This document shows positions 39,196 to 48,497 of a stretch of 64,000 nucleotides of DNA, piece after piece; position 1 is the stretch's first letter; each line of letters begins with the position of its first letter. The stretch is from Calditrichia bacterium (GTDB lineage: Bacteria; Calditrichota; Calditrichia; RBG-13-44-9; J075). Both the position numbers and the translations under genes were made by a program. The stretch is taken from assembly GCA_050633245.1 (NCBI GenBank), contig JBOEGD010000011.1, positions 64,001-128,000 of the forward strand. The letters run 5' to 3'. A model generated the notes under the pieces. That model saw only the letters and a program-made list of their open reading frames with translations. It ran no database searches and had not been told where the DNA came from.

Positions 39196-39519
39196 TTATT
39201 TCTTCTTGGTAGCCGTCTTGCGAGCTGTTTTCTTTGCAGCAAGCTTGATCTCAACAATGCTGTTCTCAGTGCCGAAGGAATTCGCAACATAAGTGGTGGA
39301 ATCGTCATTCATCCACTGGCCTTTGTCTACAAGATAACGGAACTGATATTCGCCTGCAGGAATCTCAACAGCCAGTTTCCAAACGCCAGCCTTGTTTTTC
39401 TTCATCGGATGGGCTTCACCATTCCATGCGTTGAAATCGCCTACTACATTAACGCTTGCTGCTTCCGGAAGTGCTACTTCAAAACTGGTCTTTTTGGTGC
39501 GAGTACTAACTTTTACCAT
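39196..39519 (-). CDS. Isoamylase early-set/CBM48-like glycogen-binding protein with Lys/Ala-rich tail
   Basis: V.VVGDFNAW, GVW, GEYQFRYLVD..W.ND, N.FG.ENS; tail AAKKTARKTATKKK. Confidence 0.88.
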   Translation of the reverse strand: MVKVSTRTKKTSFEVALPEAASVNVVGDFNAWNGEAHPMKKNKAGVWKLAVEIPAGEYQFRYLVDKGQWMNDDSTTYVANSFGTENSIVEIKLAAKKTARKTATKKK

Positions 39520-39810
39520 GATTTTCTCCTTGATAGTGTTTTTGGTTTTTATGTGTCGAATATTTTTAGTTCGGATTCTTTATGAATCTGTTCTCAAAAA
39601 AATGTAAGTTTAAATTTTGTCAGGCAAATCCAAAAAGTCAAACTGAAAATAATTTTTATGCAAATTGTTTTGAGTGGACTAATTCTGTAAGTTTTTTGCC
39701 ATACCGCGTCGATACTTTTTCGAGTGAGTAAGCATGTTCAAAGAGCAAGATAGTATATTGTTAAATTTCGACGCGTGCAGGCCCAACTTTAGTCCTGATC
39801 AGGAGAAAAA

Positions 39811-40386
39811 ATGGTTCGCATAACGAAAGTTTATACCCGCACCGGCGATGGCGGAAATACGCATTTAGCTGGTGGACAGCCCATTGCCAAATCGTCCGAT
39901 CGTATTGAAGCGTATGGATGTGTTGATGAGCTGAATTCACAGCTTGGTCTGGTTGCCGAGGCGCTCCGTGAAGATAAAACTTTAAAAGAAATGCGACAGC
40001 AGGTGCTGCGCATTCAAAATATATTGTTCGACCTCGGTTCACAGCTTGCCGTGCTGCCGGAGGATCGTCGCGAGAATACTCCGGTCGTATCCGAAGCTGA
40101 TACGACGCAGCTTGAAGAGGAAATGGATGCAATGAATGAAGAGCTGCCAATGCTAACTTCGTTTATTTTACCGGGTGGTGGAGAGCTATCCGCGCGGCTT
40201 CACGTGGCGCGTACCGTCTGCCGACGCTGTGAGCGCGAAATTATTCGACTGGCTGAAAAAGAAACGCTGGATGGCACAGAAATCCCATACGTTAATCGTC
40301 TCAGTGACTGGCTATTCGTAGCTTCGCGGTATGCGGCACACAAGAGTGGAATCGAAGAAACGCTGTGGAGCCCGGGAACGAGGTAG
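39811..40386 (+). CDS. pduO: ATP:cob(I)alamin adenosyltransferase, PduO type
   Basis: KVYTRTGDGG, IEAYG.VDELNS, FILPGG, LHVARTVCRR.ER, NRLSD.LF. Confidence 0.95.
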   Translation: MVRITKVYTRTGDGGNTHLAGGQPIAKSSDRIEAYGCVDELNSQLGLVAEALREDKTLKEMRQQVLRIQNILFDLGSQLAVLPEDRRENTPVVSEADTTQLEEEMDAMNEELPMLTSFILPGGGELSARLHVARTVCRRCEREIIRLAEKETLDGTEIPYVNRLSDWLFVASRYAAHKSGIEETLWSPGTR

Positions 40387-40543
40387 AGAACAGGACACAG
40401 ACAGTGAGAAACAGGCAGAGACAGTAAGAAATTGCCTTATTGCCTTATTAGCCTTATTCACTTTTCACTTTTTTAACTGACACAGAACAAAGTAGTCAAT
40501 GAACAATTGCCAATGCTCAATGGACAATTTTTAATAGACAATT
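40387..40543. repeat. Patchwork of short 7-8-mer tandem repeats
   Basis: Two ~20-bp GAGAA(A)CAGG..AGACAGT units, (TTGCCTTA)x3-like, CACTTTT x2, CAATGAA/CAATTGC/CAATGCT/CAATGGA heptamers. Confidence 0.75.
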
Positions 40544-40560
40544 CACACGGAGAATAACTT

Positions 40561-41637
40561 ATGTCCCGAATTTTTAACTTTAGTGCCGGACCGGCAACAT
40601 TACCCTATTCGGTAATTCAGCAGATTCAGGAAGAAATGCTCGATTATCACGGCGAAGGCATGTCACTTATTGAAATGAGCCACCGCTCAAAAACCTTTGA
40701 TGCCATTACTGTTGAAGCCGAAGCGCGAATCCGCCGCCTGATGGGTTTTTCGGATGACTATCAATGTCTTTTTCTGCAGGGCGGAGCCACCGGACAGTTT
40801 GCTGCGGTTGCTTTAAATCTTGGTCGCGCTGGAGGTACGGCGGATTATGTTGATACCGGAGCATGGTCGGCAAAAGCAATCAAAGAAGCAGCAAAACTGG
40901 ACGTTCCAGCTAGAACCATCGCCAGCTCTAAAGACGATACCTATAACCATATTCCGGAGTTTAGCTGGTCTGAAGACGCCTCGTATTTACACATTACATC
41001 AAACAACACGATTTATGGCACCCAATTTCACGATTTTCCCGATACCGGTAATGTGCCGCTGATCTGTGATATGTCCTCCGATTTTTACTGCAAGCGGTTC
41101 GATGCCAATAAGTTCGCGGTAGCTTATGCCGGAGCCCAGAAAAATGCCGGCCCTTCTGGTGTAACAATGGTCATTATTCGTAAAGATCTGCTCGAACGCT
41201 GTAAGGATGATATTCCAACAATCTTGAACTATAAGATTTATGCCGAAAAGAACTCACTGTATAACACGCCGAACACATTCGGTATTTACGGTGTGAATCT
41301 GGTTATGAAGTGGATCGAAGATCAGGGTGGCGTCGATGCGGTAGAGGAGCACAATCGCGTAAAAGCCGGTTTGCTTTACGATAAGCTGGATTCAAGTGAT
41401 TTCTTCAGTCCTCACGCACGAACAAAAGATCGTTCATTGATGAATGTTACCTGGAGGCTTCCCAATGAAGATCTGGAGAAAAAATTCATTGCCGAAGCAA
41501 CAGCGCAGGACTTAAGTGGTCTGAAAGGACATCGCTCTGTAGGCGGAATTCGAGCATCAATTTATAATGCTATGCCGAAAGAGGGCGTTGAAGCACTGGT
41601 AAGCTTTATGACCGAGTTTGAAAGAACAAATGGTTAG
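40561..41637 (+). CDS. serC: Phosphoserine aminotransferase
   Basis: NFSAGPA, EMSHRS, LQGGA, NNTIYG, DMSS, GAQKN, NTP, GHRSVGG.RASIYNA. Confidence 0.98.
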   Translation: MSRIFNFSAGPATLPYSVIQQIQEEMLDYHGEGMSLIEMSHRSKTFDAITVEAEARIRRLMGFSDDYQCLFLQGGATGQFAAVALNLGRAGGTADYVDTGAWSAKAIKEAAKLDVPARTIASSKDDTYNHIPEFSWSEDASYLHITSNNTIYGTQFHDFPDTGNVPLICDMSSDFYCKRFDANKFAVAYAGAQKNAGPSGVTMVIIRKDLLERCKDDIPTILNYKIYAEKNSLYNTPNTFGIYGVNLVMKWIEDQGGVDAVEEHNRVKAGLLYDKLDSSDFFSPHARTKDRSLMNVTWRLPNEDLEKKFIAEATAQDLSGLKGHRSVGGIRASIYNAMPKEGVEALVSFMTEFERTNG

Positions 41638-42668
41638 TCTTCAGGCATTGAATCTACAATCTCTTCCAGCCTGCCGTGCACTTCCAGTGCGGCAGGCTTT
41701 CCTTTCTCTTCAAAAATAATCTTGCCGCTTTTTCGTTCCGTAAAAGATACCTCACAAACTGATGTCAGGCTCTCGGAGACACGCTCCACCATATCACTTT
41801 CATAAGGCGCGTGAAGAATTCCGCCATCCGTGCGGTCTGCTTTTACCTCCAGCTTAAAACGTCGATCACGAATGGTAATAAACACATGCTCTTCGGTAAG
41901 ACGCAATTCTTCTACCTTCGCCCCGGTATATGTGGTGAACCGGTAGAGTTTGTCCTCCAGGAGCAGTCCAAAAATAAAGCCTCTGAAGGAAGAGAAAAGC
42001 CATGGGATTTTTGCAACTGATCCGCTAAGACAAACCCCGGGCGTATTAAAATGATTGCATTGAAGCCAAACATAACTACTTGGGAAGGCACGGCCCCAGT
42101 CTTTTTCGATATAGCCTTTGCCACCGTTAAAATCAATGGTCTCACCATTAATGTTCAAGCTGCCATCAAGAGTGTGATTTAGACTTACAACGCCATGATA
42201 GCACTGCATGAAAGGGGTAAAGGCATACCAACCCATTATACCGGGAGATAAGGCAGTTATCGGCCACTCGCGAAGAGGTCCAAAGTTAACTTTGCCTGAT
42301 ATGGATGAATTCTCATCAACCAGGTTTAAATCAATACCGTCTGAGTGGAAGCGGCTTTCTTCAATGTTTGCAAAAAAGCTGGCCTCGCTGGATTCGAAGG
42401 CGTCTATAGGATAGCGGAAATAGCTACTGGTGTGATTGCGCCCATCCAGAAACTGCACAAAGGCATGGGCTTTTTGCAGGTCGGTATCCTGGAGTACACC
42501 AGGAATAATAGAATAAACATGCTCTCTGTTTGCGCTAACGAGCTTGATGAACCAACCTTCAAAAAAATTACCGGATTTGCGATAGCCGTGAAACGCTTGC
42601 GGCCTCCAAGTGAGGCCGAATTTCTTCTTACTTTTAACCAGTGCAGCAGAGTAGGGCGAACTCTTCAT
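41634..42668 (-). CDS. Tocopherol cyclase family protein
   Basis: FFEGWF.K, PGIMGWY..PFMQCYHGV.S, GYIEKDWG..FP..Y.W.Q.N. Confidence 0.88.
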   Translation of the reverse strand: MKSSPYSAALVKSKKKFGLTWRPQAFHGYRKSGNFFEGWFIKLVSANREHVYSIIPGVLQDTDLQKAHAFVQFLDGRNHTSSYFRYPIDAFESSEASFFANIEESRFHSDGIDLNLVDENSSISGKVNFGPLREWPITALSPGIMGWYAFTPFMQCYHGVVSLNHTLDGSLNINGETIDFNGGKGYIEKDWGRAFPSSYVWLQCNHFNTPGVCLSGSVAKIPWLFSSFRGFIFGLLLEDKLYRFTTYTGAKVEELRLTEEHVFITIRDRRFKLEVKADRTDGGILHAPYESDMVERVSESLTSVCEVSFTERKSGKIIFEEKGKPAALEVHGRLEEIVDSMPED

Positions 42669-42675
42669 TAACGTC

Positions 42676-43542
42676 CTAGAAGTTGAATACGAAGTCGATA
42701 TATGGCCATCCGGGGAAGACAAATGAGCCAGCAACGTTTATAAAAGCAAGGTCGATACTCATTTGTTCGCCAAAGAAGCGTATACCATACGAAATTAGTC
42801 CGTCTTCGGCTCCGGCAATAAACCAGTTCTCAGTAATTAAGGACATCCTGCGGCTAATGCGAATATCTCCACCGACCACAAAGACCAGATCGTCTGCAAG
42901 GTCATCGCCGGCAAAAGGAACACCAAGCCCTGCCGTAAAACTGCCGGTCTCATTTCCTATGGTTCCTACGCCGTAACCTAGTCCGACAAAACTATCCAAT
43001 CCACGTGCCTGTAATACGATTGCCCCGGCTGCAATGCTAACGTTTTCATTCAATTGAGTGCCTATCTTGGGTGTAAAGTAGAAAATGTTCTCGCTTAGAA
43101 AATCGTCTACGGGAAAGATAGAGAGTCCACCACCCAGTGAAACATTGTCAGTTACACCATAGGCGAAACCGTTAAAAAAGAGATAGATGTTCTGATAATA
43201 ACCGGTTCCTTTTTTCAGAGTTTTCCCCGTAGGTGCTAAAAACAATCGGGTTTGATTTGGATTTGGGAACCAATAGTATCCGTCGCGAATCTTGGTTGGG
43301 TCAATACTCTTAACGCTCATTGCCTTTGCATAGGGTACATTTACTTTTCCAATAGTTGTGTTGACCTCAAAGGCGTCGTCATTCACTGCGCTAATGCGTC
43401 CAATAACGGAGCTACCGTCAGATAGTTTAACAACGAACACCTTGCTCGTGTCGGCATTACTAACCGTTGCTCGCGTCACCTGATTTTGCGCGAAGGAAAA
43501 GGAAATAGAAGTCAGGAGTAGAAAAAGAATGCTTTTCATCAT
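42676..43542 (-). CDS. Hypothetical secreted protein, probable outer-membrane protein
   Basis: Signal peptide, L.DGS...G.I N-domain, RLFLAPTG..L.KG.GYY, terminal YIDFVFNF beta-signal. Confidence 0.7.
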   Translation of the reverse strand: MMKSILFLLLTSISFSFAQNQVTRATVSNADTSKVFVVKLSDGSSVIGRISAVNDDAFEVNTTIGKVNVPYAKAMSVKSIDPTKIRDGYYWFPNPNQTRLFLAPTGKTLKKGTGYYQNIYLFFNGFAYGVTDNVSLGGGLSIFPVDDFLSENIFYFTPKIGTQLNENVSIAAGAIVLQARGLDSFVGLGYGVGTIGNETGSFTAGLGVPFAGDDLADDLVFVVGGDIRISRRMSLITENWFIAGAEDGLISYGIRFFGEQMSIDLAFINVAGSFVFPGWPYIDFVFNF

Positions 43543-43640
43543 AGTGTGAAGCCTTCCAAATTTAGTTACCATCAATAATACGCGATCTTTTCCAGACATC
43601 AAGTGCAAAATACAAAGAATTCGGCATTTTTATTCTGAAG

Positions 43641-44228
43641 CTAGCCCTGTAGCTGCGTGCTGTACTCTCCATGCGCATACTGGCGTAGCAATTGAAATGC
43701 GTACGTCAAGCGGTTGCGGACTTGCTTTTGCCGCAGACCGAGATCGTCTGCAATCTCCTCAATTCCCATCTCCTCAAAAAACCGCAATTCGATAACCTGA
43801 CGGTACTTTTCATCCAGCACGTTCAATAGCTCCTGGAGAAGATTACTCTGTTGTTCTTCCTCAACGTGCAGTGGCGTGTTTTGCGAAGCATGGTCAGCTA
43901 TTGGACTCATCCAGCCAAAGCGCGAATGCTGCTTGTAATAAAGGGAAATCTTGTTGCGCGTGATACCCCAGAGAAAGGCGCCAAACGGCGCGCGTTCAGG
44001 ATTGTAGCGCCCGGCACGCAATGCAAGGATAAGTGCGGTGATTACCTCATGCACCACGTCTCGCTTATCTGAATCGGCAACGTTGTTCATGCGACCAAAA
44101 ACCATGCTCTGGACGCGGGTATACACCTGATAGTGTTCAATTATCTCGCCCTCTGCCTGAAAGTTGCCATCGGCAATCTCGTTAAATAGATGGTTCATAT
44201 TTTTCTCTGCTGGTGTTGCTTTAGACAT
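43641..44228 (-). CDS. ECF-type RNA polymerase sigma factor
   Basis: Region 2 DVVHE...F..FLWGITRN; region 4 L.EKYRQVIELRFFEEM..EEIA..LGL....VRNRL. Confidence 0.88.
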   Translation of the reverse strand: MSKATPAEKNMNHLFNEIADGNFQAEGEIIEHYQVYTRVQSMVFGRMNNVADSDKRDVVHEVITALILALRAGRYNPERAPFGAFLWGITRNKISLYYKQHSRFGWMSPIADHASQNTPLHVEEEQQSNLLQELLNVLDEKYRQVIELRFFEEMGIEEIADDLGLRQKQVRNRLTYAFQLLRQYAHGEYSTQLQG

Positions 44229-44269
44229 GTCCTGCCCCCATAGTGTGTTGTGGATTTGCAGGTGTATAC

Positions 44270-44286
44270 TTCAATATACATGCCAA
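44270..44286 (-). promoter_or_regulatory. Candidate sigma54 (-24/-12) promoter of the ECF sigma gene
   Basis: TTGGCATGTATATTGAA; correct 10-nt GG-to-GA spacing; ~40 nt upstream of ATG. Confidence 0.5.
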
Positions 44287-44486
44287 AAAGTGGTAGTGTT
44301 TGCTAAGCTACTGTTTTTGATTTGCTTATGAAAGCTTCTCTTTGATGGATTAGTTAATCTTTGGGTATAGGAGGTTATACGTGTGTCTATTTTTGTATAC
44401 ATCTATTTAGTCTTGAGTAGCACGATCTGCGATTTCGGTCATTGTGGTTTGATCTGTAGGAATGTAGATTAAGTGAACGGTGACCA

Positions 44487-44560
44487 TTTATTGCCTAATT
44501 ACCTTATTGCCTATTTGCTCAATGGCACTTTTCATTTTTCATTTTTCACTTTTCACTTAT
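44487..44560. repeat. Patchwork of short 7-8-mer tandem repeats, same vocabulary as 40387-40543
   Basis: TTGCCTAA/TTACCTTA/TTGCCTAT, TGCTCAATGG, (CAYTTTT)x5. Confidence 0.75.
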
Positions 44561-44567
44561 TAGAACT

Positions 44568-44966
44568 ATGAACGCATCCGATAAACAACTTCGCAGTTTC
44601 AGATGGTTAGATCTTCTACTGTATGGCTTACTGCTTGCAGGTAGCTTCGCGATGTACTCTTTTACGCTACAAGAGGGTGGGGGAGAGCCGGTTGTTGTTA
44701 TAGAACGGAATGGTGAAGTGATCAGGCGATTACCATTGGGTGATAATATGCAAATTCAATTGACCGAATTCTCATCAACGATTCATGTAGACCTGCGAAA
44801 TCAGCAGGTGCAGATAAAATCTGTTGATTGTGCCAGGCAGGTTTGCCGACGTGTTGGCGCCATATCTCTCCCCGGCGAATCAATCGCCTGTGTTCCAAAT
44901 AAACTACTTATATATATTGAGGGCTCAGGCAGTGAATCCGTCCCACCACGACTTATCATTGGATGA
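44568..44966 (+). CDS. NusG domain II-containing membrane-anchored protein
   Basis: N-terminal TM, C..QVC...G.IS.PGESI.C.PNKL.I.I three-Cys motif. Confidence 0.85.
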   Translation: MNASDKQLRSFRWLDLLLYGLLLAGSFAMYSFTLQEGGGEPVVVIERNGEVIRRLPLGDNMQIQLTEFSSTIHVDLRNQQVQIKSVDCARQVCRRVGAISLPGESIACVPNKLLIYIEGSGSESVPPRLIIG

Positions 44967-45465
44967 AAACACAGATGCCAGGCTTGCCGGACTTATCGTT
45001 CTCGGATTACTATTGTTTCTCTTCGAGTCGTTTATTCCGCGGCCGTTGCCATGGCTGAAGTTTGGGCTCTCCAATATTGCCACGTTAATCGCGCTGTACT
45101 GGCTGGGTTGGCGAGAAGCCATCGTGGTAAGTTTATTTCGAATTTTGGTCGGGGCCTTTTTTACCGGGAATCTTTTAACGCCGGGATTCTTCTTGTCAGC
45201 CAGTGGTGGCTTTGCTGCCGTAATAACCATGATCGTCTTGAAACGATCAATGCTGTTCAGTATTGTCGCGGTGAGTATCTGTGGTGCGGTTATGCACAAT
45301 CTTGCTCAGCTGACCCTGGCCGCCGAGTGGTTATTTGCAAATCCGGTTCTGTGGCATTTGCTGCCATATTTGGTCGCGACCGGAGTTTTGACGGGGGCTG
45401 TTATTGGTTGGTTTAGCAGGAAGTTACTAATGCGTATCCAGCATATAACTATGTTCAGCCCATAA
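44959..45465 (+). CDS. Gx transporter family protein (heptaprenyl diphosphate synthase component I-like)
   Basis: ES.IP.P.P..KFGLSN, R, S..GG, S..GAV.HN..Q; TTG start overlapping upstream gene. Confidence 0.85.
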   Translation: MDENTDARLAGLIVLGLLLFLFESFIPRPLPWLKFGLSNIATLIALYWLGWREAIVVSLFRILVGAFFTGNLLTPGFFLSASGGFAAVITMIVLKRSMLFSIVAVSICGAVMHNLAQLTLAAEWLFANPVLWHLLPYLVATGVLTGAVIGWFSRKLLMRIQHITMFSP

Positions 45466-45491
45466 CTTCCGCCATGGGCTGAACGAAAAAA

Positions 45492-46460
45492 TTAGCTTTT
45501 AGTTCTTTTGACTTCCTCAATCATCGCCGGCAATACTTCAAACACGTCACCAACGATGCCATAGTCAGCAACCTTGAAGAACGGTGCTTCCGGGTCTTTG
45601 TTTATGGCAACGATATACTTGGAAGAAGACATTCCGGCGATATGCTGAATGGCGCCGGAAATTCCGCAGGCAATGTATAGGTCAGGTGAAACCGTAATAC
45701 CGGTCTGACCAACATGCTCGCCGTGTGGACGCCAGCCTTCATCCGATACCGGGCGTGAACAGGCCGTCCCGGCACCTAAAGCGTCGGCAAGATCTTCGAT
45801 CATGCCCCAGTTTTCCGGACCTTTCAAGCCACGGCCGCCGCTAACGAGAATATCTGCTTCGCTAATGCTGATTTTACCGCCGCTGGCGAACTCGGTGTCT
45901 GCCATTGCAACCTTGGCTTCCGGTAGAGCTACAGAATGGGTCTCTACTGAGCAACTTGTTGCGCTCTCTTCCGCTTTAACGCTTTTTGAGCGCAGCGTAG
46001 CAAGTGCCGTTGCCGACGTTATGCGAACCGTTGCAAACAGCTTACCGGCGTACATCGGACGGGTAAATGCCAGTCCTTTATCATCATGTTCTACCGCGGT
46101 ACAATCTTGTGCCAGTGCACAATCCAGAATTGCGGCAACGCGTGCCATTATGTCTTTTCCGTTTACGGTGGCAGACATTAGAATGGCGGTGGCGCCCTTG
46201 GCTTTTGCTACATCGGCTACTGCCGCAGCGTAGCTGGCAGGACTTCCCGAGTTTAGCGCTTCCCCTTCAACAGCTACTGCATTGCTAATTCCATAGGCTC
46301 CTGCTTTTTCGGCCAGACCGGCTGCTCCCGGCCCAACAACTAAAGCGATAGCGGTAGCGCCACTTTTTTCGGCGAGCTGTCTGGCGGCAGTAAATGCCTC
46401 GAAGCTGCCATTGCGTAACTGACCGTTACGAATTTCTCCTACTGCAAGAATGGTGGACAT
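45492..46460 (-). CDS. etfA: Electron transfer flavoprotein alpha subunit
   Basis: RPMYAG, VSGGRG, SRP, VGQTG, LYIACGISGAIQH.AGM, AINKD.EAP.F..ADYG. Confidence 0.97.
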   Translation of the reverse strand: MSTILAVGEIRNGQLRNGSFEAFTAARQLAEKSGATAIALVVGPGAAGLAEKAGAYGISNAVAVEGEALNSGSPASYAAAVADVAKAKGATAILMSATVNGKDIMARVAAILDCALAQDCTAVEHDDKGLAFTRPMYAGKLFATVRITSATALATLRSKSVKAEESATSCSVETHSVALPEAKVAMADTEFASGGKISISEADILVSGGRGLKGPENWGMIEDLADALGAGTACSRPVSDEGWRPHGEHVGQTGITVSPDLYIACGISGAIQHIAGMSSSKYIVAINKDPEAPFFKVADYGIVGDVFEVLPAMIEEVKRTKS

Positions 46461-46493
46461 GTATTTATCTCCTTAACGTATTCTCTCTTTAAT

Positions 46494-47243
46494 TTAGATA
46501 ACCTTCGCTTCTTCGCGCAGCAGGCGTATCAGTTCAGGAACGGCTTCAGCACCGGTTCCCAGAATTCGACCATCGCCTTTTGCCGGCGGTTGCTCCAGTT
46601 TTTCTACAACCAGTTGCTCGGCGGCGAGATTGGCTTCCTGAACGTCAATCGGCTTCTTCTTAGCCTGCATAATGCCTTTTAATGAGCGATAGCGCGGCTC
46701 GTTGAGGTGCCGATGTGCGCCAATAACTGCCGGTAAGGACAGCGTAAAATTCTCATATCCACCTTCTACTTCGCGCTTGGCCTTCGCTGTCGATCCGTCA
46801 ATCTCCAGGTCTACAATAGAGCTAATGCAGGGCAGGTCGAGCAGTTGTGAAAGCAGAGATGCCATTTGAGCATGGTCGTCGTCAATCGCCTGCTTGCCGC
46901 AGAAAATAAGGTCATAACTTCCGGCCTTCAGCGTCTCGGCCAGTGCTTTTGCGGTAACAAGCGGGTCGGCAGGAATGCTTTCTGCATTCAAGCGGATTGC
47001 TCTATGGGCGCCCATTGCGAGGCCTTCCCGGATTGTTTTGTCCAGGCTTGCCGGTCCAAGCGAAACTAAGGTGACTTCACCGCCGTGCTTTTCAGTAAGT
47101 TGTAGTGCCTCTTCAATAGCAAATTCATCGTATGGATTGATAATCCAGTTTACACCTTCATGACTGATTGCCGTGCCGCTGTCGTTAACTTGCACGCGCG
47201 TTGTCGTATCGGGTGTTTGTTTGATACAAACAGCGATATTCAT
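46494..47243 (-). CDS. etfB: Electron transfer flavoprotein beta subunit
   Basis: VCIKQTPD, NPYDEFAIEEA, LAMGA, GKQAIDDD, NEPRY.SLKGIM.AKKK. Confidence 0.97.
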   Translation of the reverse strand: MNIAVCIKQTPDTTTRVQVNDSGTAISHEGVNWIINPYDEFAIEEALQLTEKHGGEVTLVSLGPASLDKTIREGLAMGAHRAIRLNAESIPADPLVTAKALAETLKAGSYDLIFCGKQAIDDDHAQMASLLSQLLDLPCISSIVDLEIDGSTAKAKREVEGGYENFTLSLPAVIGAHRHLNEPRYRSLKGIMQAKKKPIDVQEANLAAEQLVVEKLEQPPAKGDGRILGTGAEAVPELIRLLREEAKVI

Positions 47244-47503
47244 TTACTTTTCTCCTGTATGGTAATCGTAATATTATGTATTTTTATGGACTTACGTTTA
47301 CTGATTAGTTAAGTCAATCGGACTTAATGAATCAAAATAGAAATTATCGGAAAGATTGCAATAGATTTTGAATTTTATTTATTTGCGGCTGGTTGGAAAA
47401 CAGGGGACGTTTGACCACTAATTTTAAAAATAATGCTTGATTTAAGTTGTGTAGATCATATATATTTGGCGCTGTTCAAAAATCTAAATAGGAGAAGTAT
47501 TAC

Positions 47504-47938
47504 ATGAGAACGATGTATTCTAAAGCAGATGACGTAATTGCAGACCGAAAATGGTTTGTTATTGATGCCTCTGATGTTGTTCTCGGACGTCTTTCTACCG
47601 TAGTTGCAAAAGTTTTGCAGGGTAAGCATAAGCCCGACTACGCACCGCATCAGGATGTGGGCGATTTTGTCGTGGTTCTCAATGCCAGCAAAATTCGCGT
47701 AACCGGTAATAAAGCGGATCAGATCAGCTATTTCAGCCACTCCGGCTATCCGGGTGGGGGAAAGCAGGTTCCGTTCCGTCGCATGCTCGATCGTCGTCCG
47801 GAATATGTCATTGAGCACTCTGTACGCTTGATGCTGCCGAAAAACGCTCTTGGCCGTAAGATGTTCAAGAAACTCAAAGTATATGCTGGTGAGAAGCATC
47901 CGCATGAAGCACAACAACCGCAATCATTAACCCTGTAA
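47504..47938 (+). CDS. rplM: 50S ribosomal protein L13
   Basis: W.VIDA...LGRL, GKHKP.Y.PH.D.GD, HSGYPGG, MLPK..LGR, HPHEAQQP. Confidence 0.99.
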   Translation: MRTMYSKADDVIADRKWFVIDASDVVLGRLSTVVAKVLQGKHKPDYAPHQDVGDFVVVLNASKIRVTGNKADQISYFSHSGYPGGGKQVPFRRMLDRRPEYVIEHSVRLMLPKNALGRKMFKKLKVYAGEKHPHEAQQPQSLTL

Positions 47939-47957
47939 AGAGTAAGGATACGTTATT

Positions 47958-48344
47958 ATGGATGTATACTCTGCATTGGGTCGACGTAAGCGCTCTGTTG
48001 CCCGCGTTCGTCTGGTTCCAGGAAGTGGTAAAATCACGGTAAACAAAACAGAAGTTCTGGACTATTTTAAGCGTGAAACGCTTAAGATGATCATTGAGCA
48101 GCCGTTTGGTGTTACTGAAACACTTGGAAAATTCGACGTTATTGCAACAATTGACGGTGGTGGCCTTTCTGGTCAGGCCGGAGCACTGCGTTTGGGCATT
48201 TCCCGTGCACTTCTACAGTGGAATGCAGAATCCCGCGATCAGCTTAAGTCTGCCGGTTTTCTGACACGTGATCCACGTAAGGTAGAGCGCAAGAAGTACG
48301 GACAGCCCAAAGCCCGTAAGAATTTCCAGTTCTCGAAGCGTTAA
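47958..48344 (+). CDS. rpsI: 30S ribosomal protein S9
   Basis: [37 protein letters not shown]. Confidence 0.99.
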   Translation: MDVYSALGRRKRSVARVRLVPGSGKITVNKTEVLDYFKRETLKMIIEQPFGVTETLGKFDVIATIDGGGLSGQAGALRLGISRALLQWNAESRDQLKSAGFLTRDPRKVERKKYGQPKARKNFQFSKR

Positions 48345-48395
48345 TAGAACTGACTTATTAATGAATAGTCCCGTAAATCCGGGACTGCAAAAATC

Positions 48396-48484
48396 TCGCA
48401 CACTGCCCGATCCAGAAATAGGGTGTCTTCCTTTGGAGAAGATTTTTTCTGGAGATGAAAGCGGTGGCGGTTTAACCCAAGCGA
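48396..48484 (+). ncRNA. rpsB (S2) leader, t44-like cis-regulatory RNA
   Basis: TCGC/GCGA closing stem, CACAC, inner TCCAGAAA/TTTCTGGA stem, GGGT complementary to TAACCC (pseudoknot-like), directly upstream of rpsB. Confidence 0.65.
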
Positions 48485-48497
48485 CAAGGAGCTTGCC

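Noticed and set aside
39520-39810. Cobalamin riboswitch upstream of the adenosyltransferase
   Set aside because: No B12-box or conserved GGGAA/GCCACTG elements seen; the region is AT-rich promoter DNA.
45453-45484. Canonical intrinsic terminator between the Gx transporter and etfA
   Set aside because: The 11-bp stem is real, but neither strand has a U-tract after it, so it was not called as a terminator.
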